Source: Diplonema japonicum
Taxonomy: Eukaryota; Protista; Euglenozoa: Diplonemea
Length of the DNA stretch: 64,000 bases
NCBI GenBank assembly: GCA_964019335.1
Contig: OZ025675.1
Location: 496,001 to 560,000 of the forward strand
Direction of reading: 5' to 3'
Part shown: positions 1 to 10,300 of the stretch, piece by piece
How the letters are laid out: each line of letters opens with the position of its first letter
How positions within the stretch are numbered: the first letter of the stretch is position 1
Translations under genes and position numbers: made by a program
The notes under the pieces: generated by a model
Database searches by the model: none
What the model was told of the DNA's origin: nothing
Seen by the model: only the letters and a program-made list of their open reading frames with translations

Positions 1-528
1 AACGAATAATGTCGGGCGGGAAAACTCCTAGGCACCAAGAAAACCCGGACATTTTTCCGTCCGGGAGCTTTTCTAGAGAAGAAATCTTTTTACATATGGG
101 GGGTAGCAGCTCCTGCTTTTTTTTCCATGCAGACTCGTATGCAGAGCCAAAATGTTTACCCTGCGTGGCTGTTTGATTCCCCCCCCCCCCCCCTTTGCAC
201 CAACAAACAGCACACAGGATCTTTAACTTTCTTCAATCTCATGACCAGTTCGACTGCGTTGAGCAGCTGGCTTGTGAGGCGCCCAGCTTTGGTTGCTGAC
301 ACTCGGCCAGCTCACCCCCCGAGAGGTGGAGGAGATAAACTCCTTACACCAGGCCCCGAAAGCAGCTCCAGCTCCGAAGGATGCTAAAGCCCGTCGCGGC
401 GGCCAGGGTGTGGTATCGCGTGGAGGAGGTGGAAATAGAAAAGTCCAGTATTTCCGACTAGAAAAAAAAAACCTTGGGGGCTCTGTTGGATCGGGGCATT
501 TTCCCGTCAGGGAGTTTTCGTTTTACAG
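1..528 (+). mobile_element. Non-autonomous internal-deletion derivative (MITE-like) of the pogo-like element at 26610-29015; left end starts about 6 bp before the window
   Basis: Bases 1-490 align with 26616-27210 (AACGAATAATGTCGG..., ATGACCAGTTCGACT..., GTCCAGTATTTCCGACT). The sequence then jumps to the right end GGGAGTTTTCGTTTTACAG|TA (TA at 529-530), matching 28996-29017. Confidence 0.85.
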
Positions 529-915
529 TATTCTTTTTTTAAATCAGTGCAAAAATATTTGTGCTTTTTTTTGTATTTTGTTGTGCCGAATACTTAATTT
601 CTTCCTCGAAAAAAGGAGACACAAGTTTTTTTTCCCGTGACACCTTTCTTCTAGAGACGATAACAGGTGAACTATACGTCAATATAAAAGACTATTCTTT
701 TAGGTATGCAAAGAAGAAGAAGAGAAGAGAAAAAAAAAAAAACTAAACTTTAAAAACTAGTTTGTCTTGGCCCCTGGGGCCTTGTAGGCGCTATTTAACC
801 TGTCACATCCTGCATTCAAAAACATGCGAAAAGACTCTTCTTTTTTCTTTCCTGACCCATCCCCCCCAGGCTAGGAAACAGGAAGTGAAAGGGAATTGCA
901 TAGTTCTAAAGGAAA

Positions 916-1006
916 GAAAACTCAAAGTACAGGACAAGCCCCCCGCTAGAGGGCCGCCCTATGGGAGGGGGGAAGAAAATAAATTCACTATGATAGGAAC
1001 GAAGTG
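916..1006 (+). repeat. Short dispersed repeat (SINE/retroposon-like remnant)
   Basis: AAAACTCAAAGT(A/G)C(A/G)GGACAA..CCC...GAGGGCC recurs at ~47789-47858 and ~60137-60182, with only the 5' part at ~47079-47100. The 3' part AAATTCACTATGATAGGAACGAAGTG recurs at ~24754-24779. Confidence 0.7.
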
Positions 1007-1057
1007 CTCCCCTTTTGGGGTCGAATAAAACTCATAGTAAAAGAAAATCCCACTTAA

Positions 1058-2763
1058 CCATCTACCAACGGACCATTTTTGCCCACCAGGGGGTAAATTT
1101 TCAAAACTTCAAAAAAAGCTATTCTAGCGCAACGCTGGGGCTATATGCCCCCGGAAATGCCTCCAGATGTCCCAATTCTAGAGAGAGGGTGCCCACAGCA
1201 GGGTCCACCCCCACAACATTGTCAAAAATATCGTTCCTGAAGTGCCCGAGAGGGGGTACAAAAAACAAGTCAAAAAAAATCGACTGTAAAATTCTATAAA
1301 AAGCTATTTAAGGCCTTCTTGACGCGGTTCGTATGTGCCCCAGGGCTGGGGGACTTCTTTTTTGACCCCGGGAGGGGTTTCTGGGGGGTATCCCCGGCAA
1401 GGTGGTAGTCTTTGAAGCACGGAGTCACACAAAGTTGTACCAAGCAGGCTGAACACTGAAATAGGGGTCTTTTCGACTTGCAATGCTTGCACCGCACGTT
1501 GCACTACTTTTTCGGGGAAATGGTCCCAGAAGGTACTGTCACGGCGCATTGGGGTCTCAGAGCACTCGTTCTGTGTTTCGGGGCATGGTATTGGGGCAGC
1601 CTGCTCTGTAGTTGACTTTATCTGTTGTTTAGACTGCCTCCCTAGTAGCCCTTCGATGACTGCCTCTTTGAAAGGCGTAAATCCACTGTCGTTCGTACTC
1701 AGGGCGTTAGGGGGCAAGGCTTCTTTCCAAACACGCCAAGCATTCGCCAGAGATTTACCTAACAAGTACAAAAATACTTTTAGGGGCCACTTTTAAGTCA
1801 TAAGGGTGCGTTTATGGCGTTTTGTCACAGCATCACCCAGCGTCGGTTCCGCCCATTGTGGTGTTGTAAATATGCGCGGGATGTCCTTTCCGGCTTTCAT
1901 TCTCTTTTGGCCGACACGTCAAATTCGACTTCACCGGAACATCCAACGTCGATAGAAAGCACACAGGCATGATGTCATGCCACGTTGTGTTGCAAAGGAT
2001 GCTCGCGTGCTGGTGGAACTGGGTGTCCCCACGGGATGCGCGTCCTTGGGCATGCGGCCTCGCTTCTTGGGGCATCCATGATCTCCGGGAGGCCTTTGCG
2101 ATAGGTAGAAGTCAGCACGCTTGTTTGTTTCGCTGTGGAAGCACAGATTTCCCAGAATAGTCAAAAAGCGATCTCTTGACATGACGGTGGCGTACCCAGG
2201 GGTGTGGTTGAGAGGCGTGGAGCCTGTGCACCAGTAATCAGAGAAGCAGCATGAGATCCAGGGAGACACCTTTTTTAGCCGCATTTGCCACATTGTTCAA
2301 GTTATGACCCGAATAACGTATGGCGTTGAGCCTTTGATGTCAAAACAGGGTCCACAAGGATTCCGATCTTCACGAAACCGGATGCCTTCCAACTGCTCCG
2401 GCTTTGCCGTCCAATCACCCTGCTGTGACTCGGAACCGGTCGAATTCGTATCAGAATCACTGTTTGTATCAAAATTGCATAATAGGGATGAGCCATCAGT
2501 GCTGCCATCACTCATAATGTCCTCTTCCGGCCCTCTTTCCGGGCGCCTTTTTTTGTGTGATTTTTAAGGGTAAATTTGGGCTGGCGTTTTTTTTCATTTT
2601 TTCATTTTCTTGTTAAGTTAGGGCAGCATTTAGTTTATATTTTTCATATTTTTCGCGCAGGACCCCGCCGGCAAGAAAGGGCCGGGCCGTATTGCATTGA
2701 AAGCCCTTTGCGTAAAAGATTTTTTTTCAAATCGTCTATATATAGACGCTCGTTGGTAGATGG
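1058..2763 (-). mobile_element. piggyBac DNA transposon (defective, internally deleted)
   Basis: TTAA(1054-1057)-CCATCTACCAACG ... CGTTGGTAGATGG-TTAA(2764-2767) gives perfect 13-bp TIRs with a TTAA TSD. A perfect subterminal palindrome CGTCTATATATAGACG lies at 2733-2748, and transposase remnants lie inside. Confidence 0.93.
1294..2515 (-). pseudogene. piggyBac transposase pseudogene
   Basis: Frameshifted fragments carry PGBD motifs: acidic N-terminus, MSRDRFLTILGNLCF, YNTTMGGTD, KWPLKVFLYLLGKSLANAW, and the C-terminal Cys-rich domain RCKHCK...CSACLVQLCVTPCFKDYH. Much of the catalytic core appears deleted. Confidence 0.88.
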
Positions 2764-3036
2764 TTAAGAGAGTTACCGTTTGGGAGAGAAAAGAGATCGC
2801 AACTCAGCAACGCCCCCCCCCCCACCCCACCCCAACCCGAGTCAAAAGGAGGTAGTTGTGAGACGCCCCTTGTTGTCTTGAAGTCCAGTAAAGGAAAAAA
2901 GAAAAAGAAAAAAGACAAAAAGCGTTTAGCCGCGTTCCCAAAAAAGCATGGTGTGCGGTTGATTAAAAAAAAAGAAGAAAGAAGGTAGAGGGGCAAGACG
3001 AACAGTCTATGCACACAAAGACGTAAGCTCTATTCC

Positions 3037-5223
3037 TTACAACAGGCTCTCTCTCATGGTCGCCTCCATGACGGTGATCTGATACACGTTGACGGCATAG
3101 CTGTAGCCGGGGACTTGGTTGATGCTAAGCTTTTGAAGATGGAGGCCTTCCATGTTGGTGGCGGCTGCTGGTGAACCGTAGAGGCAGTAGATCTCATCTT
3201 CGACACAAGAGGAGCAAAGCGACCTGCTGAGGTCCATACATTTTCCCAGAACCGTAACGAACTTCTGCCTCCCACGCCCTACAATGCCATGCTGCACGGG
3301 ACTTGTTGCAAGGCCTATGTGCGTGACGTCTCTCTCCCTTTCTCCTGTGGAGAAGTGGAACATGTTTACGAACGCGAAGGAATTCTCAACATGCGTCGTG
3401 CACGGGCGGGCAGTGTTCCATCCCACAGCTACCCTGCTCCCCTGCAGGGAGAAGACGCCACCGTGCGACCTCTCGGAGCATAACACTACATTTGCTAGCA
3501 TATCGTTCATCGTCCGTGTCACTTCCTCGCGACCGGTCTGCTTCACAACAACCTCCAGCTTTCCTACCGTGGCTGACGGGGAATACTTCATAACCTCTCT
3601 GTCAAAGGGGACCGGCCTTGTTTCGTTGTTCTCAGGTGGGTAAAACTGGTTTACTACCAATCGTCTCTCCCCCCGTTTCAAGCCCAGCTGGGACTCCACA
3701 TACTGCCGCCTTCCTTTCAGATGTTCCTGCAGCAGAGTTGTTGGGCGGAGGGATCCTGCAACACCTTTTAACTTCACCTCACCCATCGGGATTAGAATTG
3801 CGTTCAACATGGCAGGTTCGCCGCACTCGTCCATGACCTCCTCGGTGACAGCAATGGCACCCCCAACACAGGCGCCTTCCATTCTAGCTGCCTTGTTCAC
3901 AGTGTTCCCGAAGTAGTCGTACCTTCCTGTTAAGGTGTTCAGTTGTACTTCGACCTCGCCGCAGTGGATTCCGATCCGCACGCGCAGCCCGCACCATGGG
4001 CCGTCGTCTTGACGGGCGCAGTGTTCCAGTCTCAACAATTCTTGCGGCCACACGCTTTGAACGAGTCTTTCTTGAACCGACAGCGCGAACTCCACCGCGT
4101 CCAATGCGCTCTCAAAGGCCACCATGAAGGCGTCCCCGATGGTCTTCACCTCGTACCCATTGTGCTGCCCGAGACACTCCCGCATAACAGTGTTGTGAAC
4201 ATGAAGGCCTTCCTTCATCCCTTCCGGACATGCTTCCCATGTAGCGGTTGAGCTTTGGATGTCTGTGAACACGAGCGAAGCACGGCCTGTATCCAGCCCA
4301 GGGGCAACAGGGTGCGGGCTGGCATGCTGCGTGGTGGGGGCAGTCCCGTTGGAGCCGTTGCTTCTGTCTTTACTATGAAGCTCGTCGAATAAGGCGTCGG
4401 GGATGTAAGGGCGGTACATGTAGAGGTTGTTGAGGATGTTGCCGAAGGCAGCGCACAGCGGGGCGGGCAGGTCAGCCGTCGACAGGATTTCGTTGGCACA
4501 GGTGAGGTCGAACTGTGAGAGGGACTCCGCGATGCTCTCGGCGGTGTGGATGGCCGCCTCCATGTTATCACGTTCTCTGTACAGCCTGCTTGCAAACCCC
4601 CTCGTGAAGTAGTAGTCCAATACGAACACGAGCACAGACGAGATAAAGTAACTAAAGGCGGGCCCCGCGTCGATGGCGCACGGCAATGTCTTGCAGTTGT
4701 AGCTTTCCCGTCGCTCGCCTTGCGTGGGGAGGAAAGGTGCCTCATAGACACCCAGTCGCAGCCAGTTTTCGATGTAGACCACAACGTTCCACAATGTGAC
4801 AAGTGTGATGATGTTTCTTGCAACTCTTCCCTTCAACCTGAGCACCAGGCAGATGTCTAAAAAGATGATGACCATGGCCCAGAAGCGTGCTTCGTGCATG
4901 ACCACCTGACGGTAGTCCATGACCACCGCAGCTATCGTCATTATGTACATGGCAGCCTCGATCGTCCCCTGCCGTACCTTCTTTTCGATCAATAGTTGTG
5001 TCAAGATGATGGTGCTGCCCAAGAGCCCTCCTGAGCCTTGGACCCTTCCGATGTGGTTTACATTCTGGTTGTTTGAGAACGTGATTGTGCTCGTGAGCAG
5101 GCCCACTAGCGCAAAGAGCAGCACCGATATCTTCCCAAACACCTCTCTGGCGTCATCCTCGGGGCGGATAGCCCATCGGAACGGAGGCCATTCTGCCAGC
5201 CGCATTCCTGTGAGGCAGTGCAT
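3037..5223 (-). CDS. Multi-pass membrane receptor-type adenylate cyclase (class III) with a C-terminal degenerate second cyclase domain
   Basis: About 6 hydrophobic N-terminal segments. Catalytic motifs VFTDIQSST, YEVKTIGDAFM, RVRIGIHCG and YDYFGNTVNKAARMEG (K/D pair indicates ATP specificity). The C-terminus GGVFSLQGSRVAVGWN...HIGLA...HGIVG...FVTVLG is cyclase-like. The start is placed at the first ATG (5223), which follows TTTTCTCGAG; the track's 5286 start is TTG. Confidence 0.9.
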   Translation of the reverse strand: MHCLTGMRLAEWPPFRWAIRPEDDAREVFGKISVLLFALVGLLTSTITFSNNQNVNHIGRVQGSGGLLGSTIILTQLLIEKKVRQGTIEAAMYIMTIAAVVMDYRQVVMHEARFWAMVIIFLDICLVLRLKGRVARNIITLVTLWNVVVYIENWLRLGVYEAPFLPTQGERRESYNCKTLPCAIDAGPAFSYFISSVLVFVLDYYFTRGFASRLYRERDNMEAAIHTAESIAESLSQFDLTCANEILSTADLPAPLCAAFGNILNNLYMYRPYIPDALFDELHSKDRSNGSNGTAPTTQHASPHPVAPGLDTGRASLVFTDIQSSTATWEACPEGMKEGLHVHNTVMRECLGQHNGYEVKTIGDAFMVAFESALDAVEFALSVQERLVQSVWPQELLRLEHCARQDDGPWCGLRVRIGIHCGEVEVQLNTLTGRYDYFGNTVNKAARMEGACVGGAIAVTEEVMDECGEPAMLNAILIPMGEVKLKGVAGSLRPTTLLQEHLKGRRQYVESQLGLKRGERRLVVNQFYPPENNETRPVPFDREVMKYSPSATVGKLEVVVKQTGREEVTRTMNDMLANVVLCSERSHGGVFSLQGSRVAVGWNTARPCTTHVENSFAFVNMFHFSTGERERDVTHIGLATSPVQHGIVGRGRQKFVTVLGKCMDLSRSLCSSCVEDEIYCLYGSPAAATNMEGLHLQKLSINQVPGYSYAVNVYQITVMEATMRESLL

Positions 5224-5385
5224 CTCGAGAAAACAGAATAAAAAGACGTCTTTGAGGGAACCTGCAGTATGTGACAGGATCGCCAAAAAATAAAAAGAAA
5301 AGAAAAGAGAAGATAGGTAGAGGGGGCGGTTTTTTTTTTCCCACCTTTAAAATTGGTGTTCTAGCTATAAGAAAAGAAGAAAAGC

Positions 5386-5415
5386 CAACAACAACAACAA
5401 CAACAACAACAACAA
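5386..5415 (+). repeat. (CAA)10 microsatellite
   Basis: Directly visible. Confidence 0.9.
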
Positions 5416-5852
5416 AAAGATTGAAAAAGACAGCTGCGTCTTTTTTTTTAAAAAAAAAAAGAAAGAAAAAAAGTCGGCGTTAGTTGTTACAAGCTGTTGA
5501 ACAAAAGCAATAATAAAAAAAAAGAAATGACTAATGTAAACGAGAAACGCCTGAACCTTTATCATGGGAAGAGGGGGTGATGAAGAACAAGGCCAGGAAA
5601 AGAAAGAAACAAAAGACCGCGGAGTCTACTTTCTTTCAAACCAAACCTTTTCTCTCCTTTTTTTTTTCGCGAATAGGAGGTACCACTCAAAGAAAAATGA
5701 ATCTCTTAGATAGGCGGAAGCTTCTTTTTTTATCTCGTTTTCTTCTTCCGCTCGAGCGAACAGGTATCACCATAAAACACATGAATCATCTAAAGCCATC
5801 AACTAGGTTCCCAAGAGTCGTAGTTGGCGATTCACAAGGATAATTATAACAA

Positions 5853-6947
5853 CTAAATATTAACAGGGCTGTCAGCGTGCATCTCGTGGTAAGCCTCCGT
5901 GTCGGTGTTCTCGAGGAATGTGCTCATTGGTACCCTACCAGCTGGTTTGTTGTCTTTCAAAAGGGCAAAGATGGCCACGACACCTCCCATGCACAATAAG
6001 ATGCCCAAGGAGACCCCAACCCATGCCACCACATCGGCAGCATCATCACCATTCCCACCATTGCTTGGCGACTGTGGAACACCGTCGTCGTCAGCAGATG
6101 CAGGTGCCGACTTCAGAGCCTTACTGTCGTCGGTGTTTGGGGTTGTAGGGGGTGTCGATTGTGGAACACCGTTGTCAGAGGTACTGGGCGCCTTGTTCCC
6201 ATCATTGGTAGTTGTTGTACCTTTCCCGAAGTTCGTGCCGAAGTCCCACGACCCTGTCTTCGAGGGGTCAGTGATGAGGTCGTCAGCAACAAGAACCTCG
6301 CCTTCAAAATCTGTGAGCTCCACAGTGATGGGTGCCGTGTACGGCTTTGGATCATCACACAGGAAGTATGCCCCGCTCTGAAGTGGGCAGTCCACCCATG
6401 TGCTGCTCCCGCTGGACTTGATCCTCGCCTTCACGACCTGCCCCGTCCCTGCCACATCCCACACAAAGAAGGCATACCACCACACTGATGTCCCGGGTTT
6501 AGGGACAATCTGTATATTCTTCTTCTCGCTGTTGTACGGGCAAGCCACCTGTCGGAACCTGACCGCCATGATCCCACAGTCGTTCTGCAGGATGGCGGCC
6601 CTTGCTGCCGGGTTCAGGTCGAAGTGCGGGGTGTTGTGGTCCCGTGTGCAGCATGAGTTGTCCGCCTGCAGCACAACAGAGGTCGCTTTGCATTCGCACG
6701 GCTCCATCGTCCAGCCAGGCTTCCCAGTGCACTCCACCTCATAACACACACCGCACGCTTTGCTATCGTCGTACAGCGTGTAGTCGAGTGCTGCGTACAT
6801 CCCGAAAGGGAAGCTTGCGGTCACCTCCTTCGGGAACTCACAGGACCCACCTCCGCTTGCAACTCCTCCGTACCAGGTGGCGTACCCGACCTCCCATGAC
6901 CCGGGCAGGGCCTGCGTCACAGTGCTGAAGAGCAAGAGAGCCAGCAT
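5853..6947 (-). CDS. Membrane-anchored expansin-like protein, copy 1 (head type A, short stalk)
   Basis: Signal peptide, DPBB domain (ATWY..GGGSC, ACGVCYEVEC, HFDL), CBM63-like domain 2 (GTSVWWY), ~60-aa stalk, TM helix and short tail. Confidence 0.9.
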   Translation of the reverse strand: MLALLLFSTVTQALPGSWEVGYATWYGGVASGGGSCEFPKEVTASFPFGMYAALDYTLYDDSKACGVCYEVECTGKPGWTMEPCECKATSVVLQADNSCCTRDHNTPHFDLNPAARAAILQNDCGIMAVRFRQVACPYNSEKKNIQIVPKPGTSVWWYAFFVWDVAGTGQVVKARIKSSGSSTWVDCPLQSGAYFLCDDPKPYTAPITVELTDFEGEVLVADDLITDPSKTGSWDFGTNFGKGTTTTNDGNKAPSTSDNGVPQSTPPTTPNTDDSKALKSAPASADDDGVPQSPSNGGNGDDAADVVAWVGVSLGILLCMGGVVAIFALLKDNKPAGRVPMSTFLENTDTEAYHEMHADSPVNI

Positions 6948-8664
6948 TTCTTTTTTTTTTTAAATGTGTAATACTGTAAATGCAAACTGGGTCGGTAGTC
7001 CAGTTGGATGTATATATGAAAGGGAGAAACAAAAACAGAAACGGAAAAAGAGTTGGCCGATCGTTTTTTTGGTGCAGCAAGGGATAAATATGTTACCCCT
7101 TCCACCTCTTTTTCTTCTTTTCTTAATATAGCAGTAAACAAGTTCATTCGTCGAAATATTATCGTTCTTTGACCAAGTAAGCCCCTTTTCTTTCTTTTTT
7201 TTTGAACATGATTATGTCATAAGTTATCAACAAAGGGGGAAACTAGAGGAGAAAAATAATCGAGTAATAATAGTCAGAAAATAGGCTCCTTATCGCTGTT
7301 AAATATAACACGTAAAATCGCAACACAGCACGGAAAGGAAAGAAGATGGGGGGGGGGGGGGGGGGGGCAAAGAGAGATTGAATTAAGGGAAGCTTAAGGG
7401 AAAAACCTTGGTCTTCTTTTTCTGGTAGAAGAAAAAGACAAACTGCCTTAGCAGTCATACCTCTATGCGTCTTTTGTTTTTCCTTGCCTTTTTTTTTTTT
7501 TTTTACAAATACGATAAGAGTACCCTTTCAAAGAAAAACGAATTTCTTTTTTCTAACAGCCCCCCCCGCAAGGAAACGCGTTTCCAAGCTTTTTAAATCT
7601 GACCTTTGTTCATTAAAGAAAGGGGGCCCGCTTTTTGGAAAAGTTACAAACACAAAAAAAAAAGGAGAGGAAAGAAGGACTATAGATATTACCTACCCAC
7701 GCCATCTAGTTGCTGTCGCTCCTTCCTCTCATGAAAGGGTAGAAGTCCATTTCTTAGGCGAGCTGGGGAGCGACAACCTGGTGCGGGACACGGTCAAGGT
7801 GCGCAACAAGGAGAACTGGGCCCCGGTGAACAGTGCGGTGGCTTGGCTGCAGCTCGAGTCGGGGAGGGCACGGGTGGGGCCCATACCCCACAAGAAGAGG
7901 ACCAAAGGCTCGCTGGCCAGATAGGCCAGCGGGGGTGTGGGGGCTGGTTCCCCCCCCCCCCCCCCCGCCATAGGAAGATGTGAAACTTTTTTTTTTTTTT
8001 TTTTCTGAGAAAAAAAAAAGGGAAAAATAAAAGAATAGGGAACAGGTGCTACAACGGCCAGGCTAGATAGAACCACTTAGATTTTTTTTTTTTTCCTTTT
8101 TTTTTTTCTTTTTGTTTTTCCTTTTTTTTTTTTTTTTTTGCAAATAACAATGGACCCACCCGGTGCGAAACGGCTGGGCATCACACGGCGTTCCTTAGTC
8201 CAGTTCTTTCTCGTTCTTTGACTTGCTGAAGAGGGGGTGCCGTCACACACCCGGGACTTTGGTCCTGCTGCCTCTAAAGAAATATATAAGGAAAGTTCCA
8301 GTAGAGGTTTGACCTCAAAGGATGAAACAAAAAGCGGCGCTCAGTGCGACCACCACAGTCGACTCCAAGTGTACCATAAAGTAGTAGTACATGGGGTGGG
8401 GGCATCTTTTTCTTCTTGCCGAAGCCAAATGCAAGGTCTGTTAGTCCTTGGTGACTTGGTGCAAGCTGATGACAGCCGGCGACTCGCTTAAGGGGAGGTG
8501 TCGTTACGCACCTAGACCCCGGCCAAAGGTCTTGCTGCCCCAAAACAAAATAAGAAGAAAAAGTATTAAGTCCGCGAGATTGACTACCTTATTGCTCCAA
8601 ATATTGCTCCAGTTTCAAAGGCCCTTCCCCGGGGCGCGGTTTTTAAAAAAGAAAAAAAAAAACT

Positions 8665-9678
8665 TTAAATATACTTAACAGGGCTGTCAGCGTGCATCTC
8701 GTGGTAAGCCTCCGTGTCGGTGTTCTCGAGGAATGTGCTCATTGGTACCCTACCAGCTGGTTTGTTGCTTTTCAAAAGGGCAAAGATGGCCACGACACCT
8801 CCCATGCACAATAAGATGCCCACCGTGACCGCGACCCACGCCACCGCATCGGCAGCGTCATCACTCTTGTTGCTATAATTTTGATCAGTTTCATTAACTG
8901 CAGTGCTGGGCGTCGATCCTGGGGGCTCGTTGCCATTGCCAGTAGTTGTACCTTTCCCGAAGTTCGTGCCGAAGTCCCACGACCCTGTCTTCGAGGGGTC
9001 AGTGATGAGGTCGCCAGCAACAAGAACCTCGCCTTCAATATCTGTGAGCTCCACAGTGAAGGGTGCCGTGTACGGTTTCGTCCCACCACACTCAAAGAAT
9101 GCCCCACCCTTCAGTGGGCAGTCATTCCATGTGCTGCTCCCGCTGGACTTGATCCTCGCCTTCACGACCTGCCCTGTCTCCGCCACATCCCACACAAAGA
9201 AGGCATACCACCACTCGGTGGTCCCGGGTTTAGGGACAATTTGTACATTCTTCCCTTCGCTGTTGTACGTGCAAGCCACCTGTCGGAACCTGACCGCCAT
9301 GTTCCCACAGTCGTTCTGCAGGATGGCGGCCCTTGCTGCCGGGTTCAGGTCGAAGTGCGGGGTGTTGTGGTCCCGTGTGCAGCATGAGCTGTCCGCCTGC
9401 AGCACAACAGAAGTCGCCTTGCATTCGCACAGTTCAGTTGTCCAGCTCGGGTTCCCAGTGCACTCCACCTCATAACACACACCGCACGCTTTGCTATCGT
9501 CGTACAGCGTGTAGTCGATGGCTGCGTACATCCCGAAAGGGAAGCTGGCGGTCACCTCCTTCGGGAACTCACAGGACCCACCTCCGTTTGGAACCCCTGT
9601 GTACCAGGTGGCGTACCCGACTTCCCATGACCCAGGCAGGGCCTGCGTCACAGTACTTAAAAGCAGAACAGCAAGCAT
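8665..9678 (-). CDS. Membrane-anchored expansin-like protein, copy 2 (head type B, shortest stalk)
   Basis: Same architecture as copy 1. The tail is nearly identical to copy 1 and the head is nearly identical to copies 3 and 4. Confidence 0.9.
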   Translation of the reverse strand: MLAVLLLSTVTQALPGSWEVGYATWYTGVPNGGGSCEFPKEVTASFPFGMYAAIDYTLYDDSKACGVCYEVECTGNPSWTTELCECKATSVVLQADSSCCTRDHNTPHFDLNPAARAAILQNDCGNMAVRFRQVACTYNSEGKNVQIVPKPGTTEWWYAFFVWDVAETGQVVKARIKSSGSSTWNDCPLKGGAFFECGGTKPYTAPFTVELTDIEGEVLVAGDLITDPSKTGSWDFGTNFGKGTTTGNGNEPPGSTPSTAVNETDQNYSNKSDDAADAVAWVAVTVGILLCMGGVVAIFALLKSNKPAGRVPMSTFLENTDTEAYHEMHADSPVKYI

Positions 9679-10242
9679 TTCGCCCCTTTTTCAAATGTGT
9701 AATACTAGGGAAGTGGTGTCGTTGCCTTCAATTGCAGAAATAAAATGACTCAAGAAGAACGGCAGAAAGGGAGAAAGAATGAGGGGAAAAAAAAAGTCAG
9801 GTTAAAGCACTAAACTACTAAAAGAGTATTACTGTTAGAGAGGTCACAGGGCAAACAGAGAAGGGAGGGGAGGGGAGGGAGGGGGGCAATTATTCAGTTT
9901 ATGGTAACATTATATATTGTTACTTCATTCAACAATCATATCATCAAAGTATGCATCATAAGAGCCAATATAGTGTGTTGTTCTTTGCTCTAAAGGCCTT
10001 CTCAGCATATCATGGTTCGCAGGGACGAAATGGGAAGCAAGGTCTCCCATTGAACACAAAGCAAGCTCTTTGCGGCTTGCTTCTCTTCTTCGCATGCGAA
10101 ACAAATTATATTTACTCAAGGACGGGAACGGGCAGAAACAAACGTTTCACATTACATTGTCAACACAGCACAACAAAATTCAAAAAAAAAAAAAATTAAA
10201 TATACGGGATGGAACTGGAGTAAGAGGGAAAGAGAGGAGAGC

Positions 10243-10287
10243 CCACACGACAGGCCGTGTCAGTGGCGCGTGTCACTCGCGTGACGT
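10243..10287 (-). promoter_or_regulatory. Conserved double-hairpin 3'UTR element (expansin copy 3)
   Basis: The mRNA sense reads GUCAC-GCGA-GUGAC followed by ACACG-GCCUGU-CGUGU, just after the stop codon. Repeated at 12900-12944 and 14670-14714. Confidence 0.6.
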
Positions 10288-10300
10288 TGCTCGGGCATAG

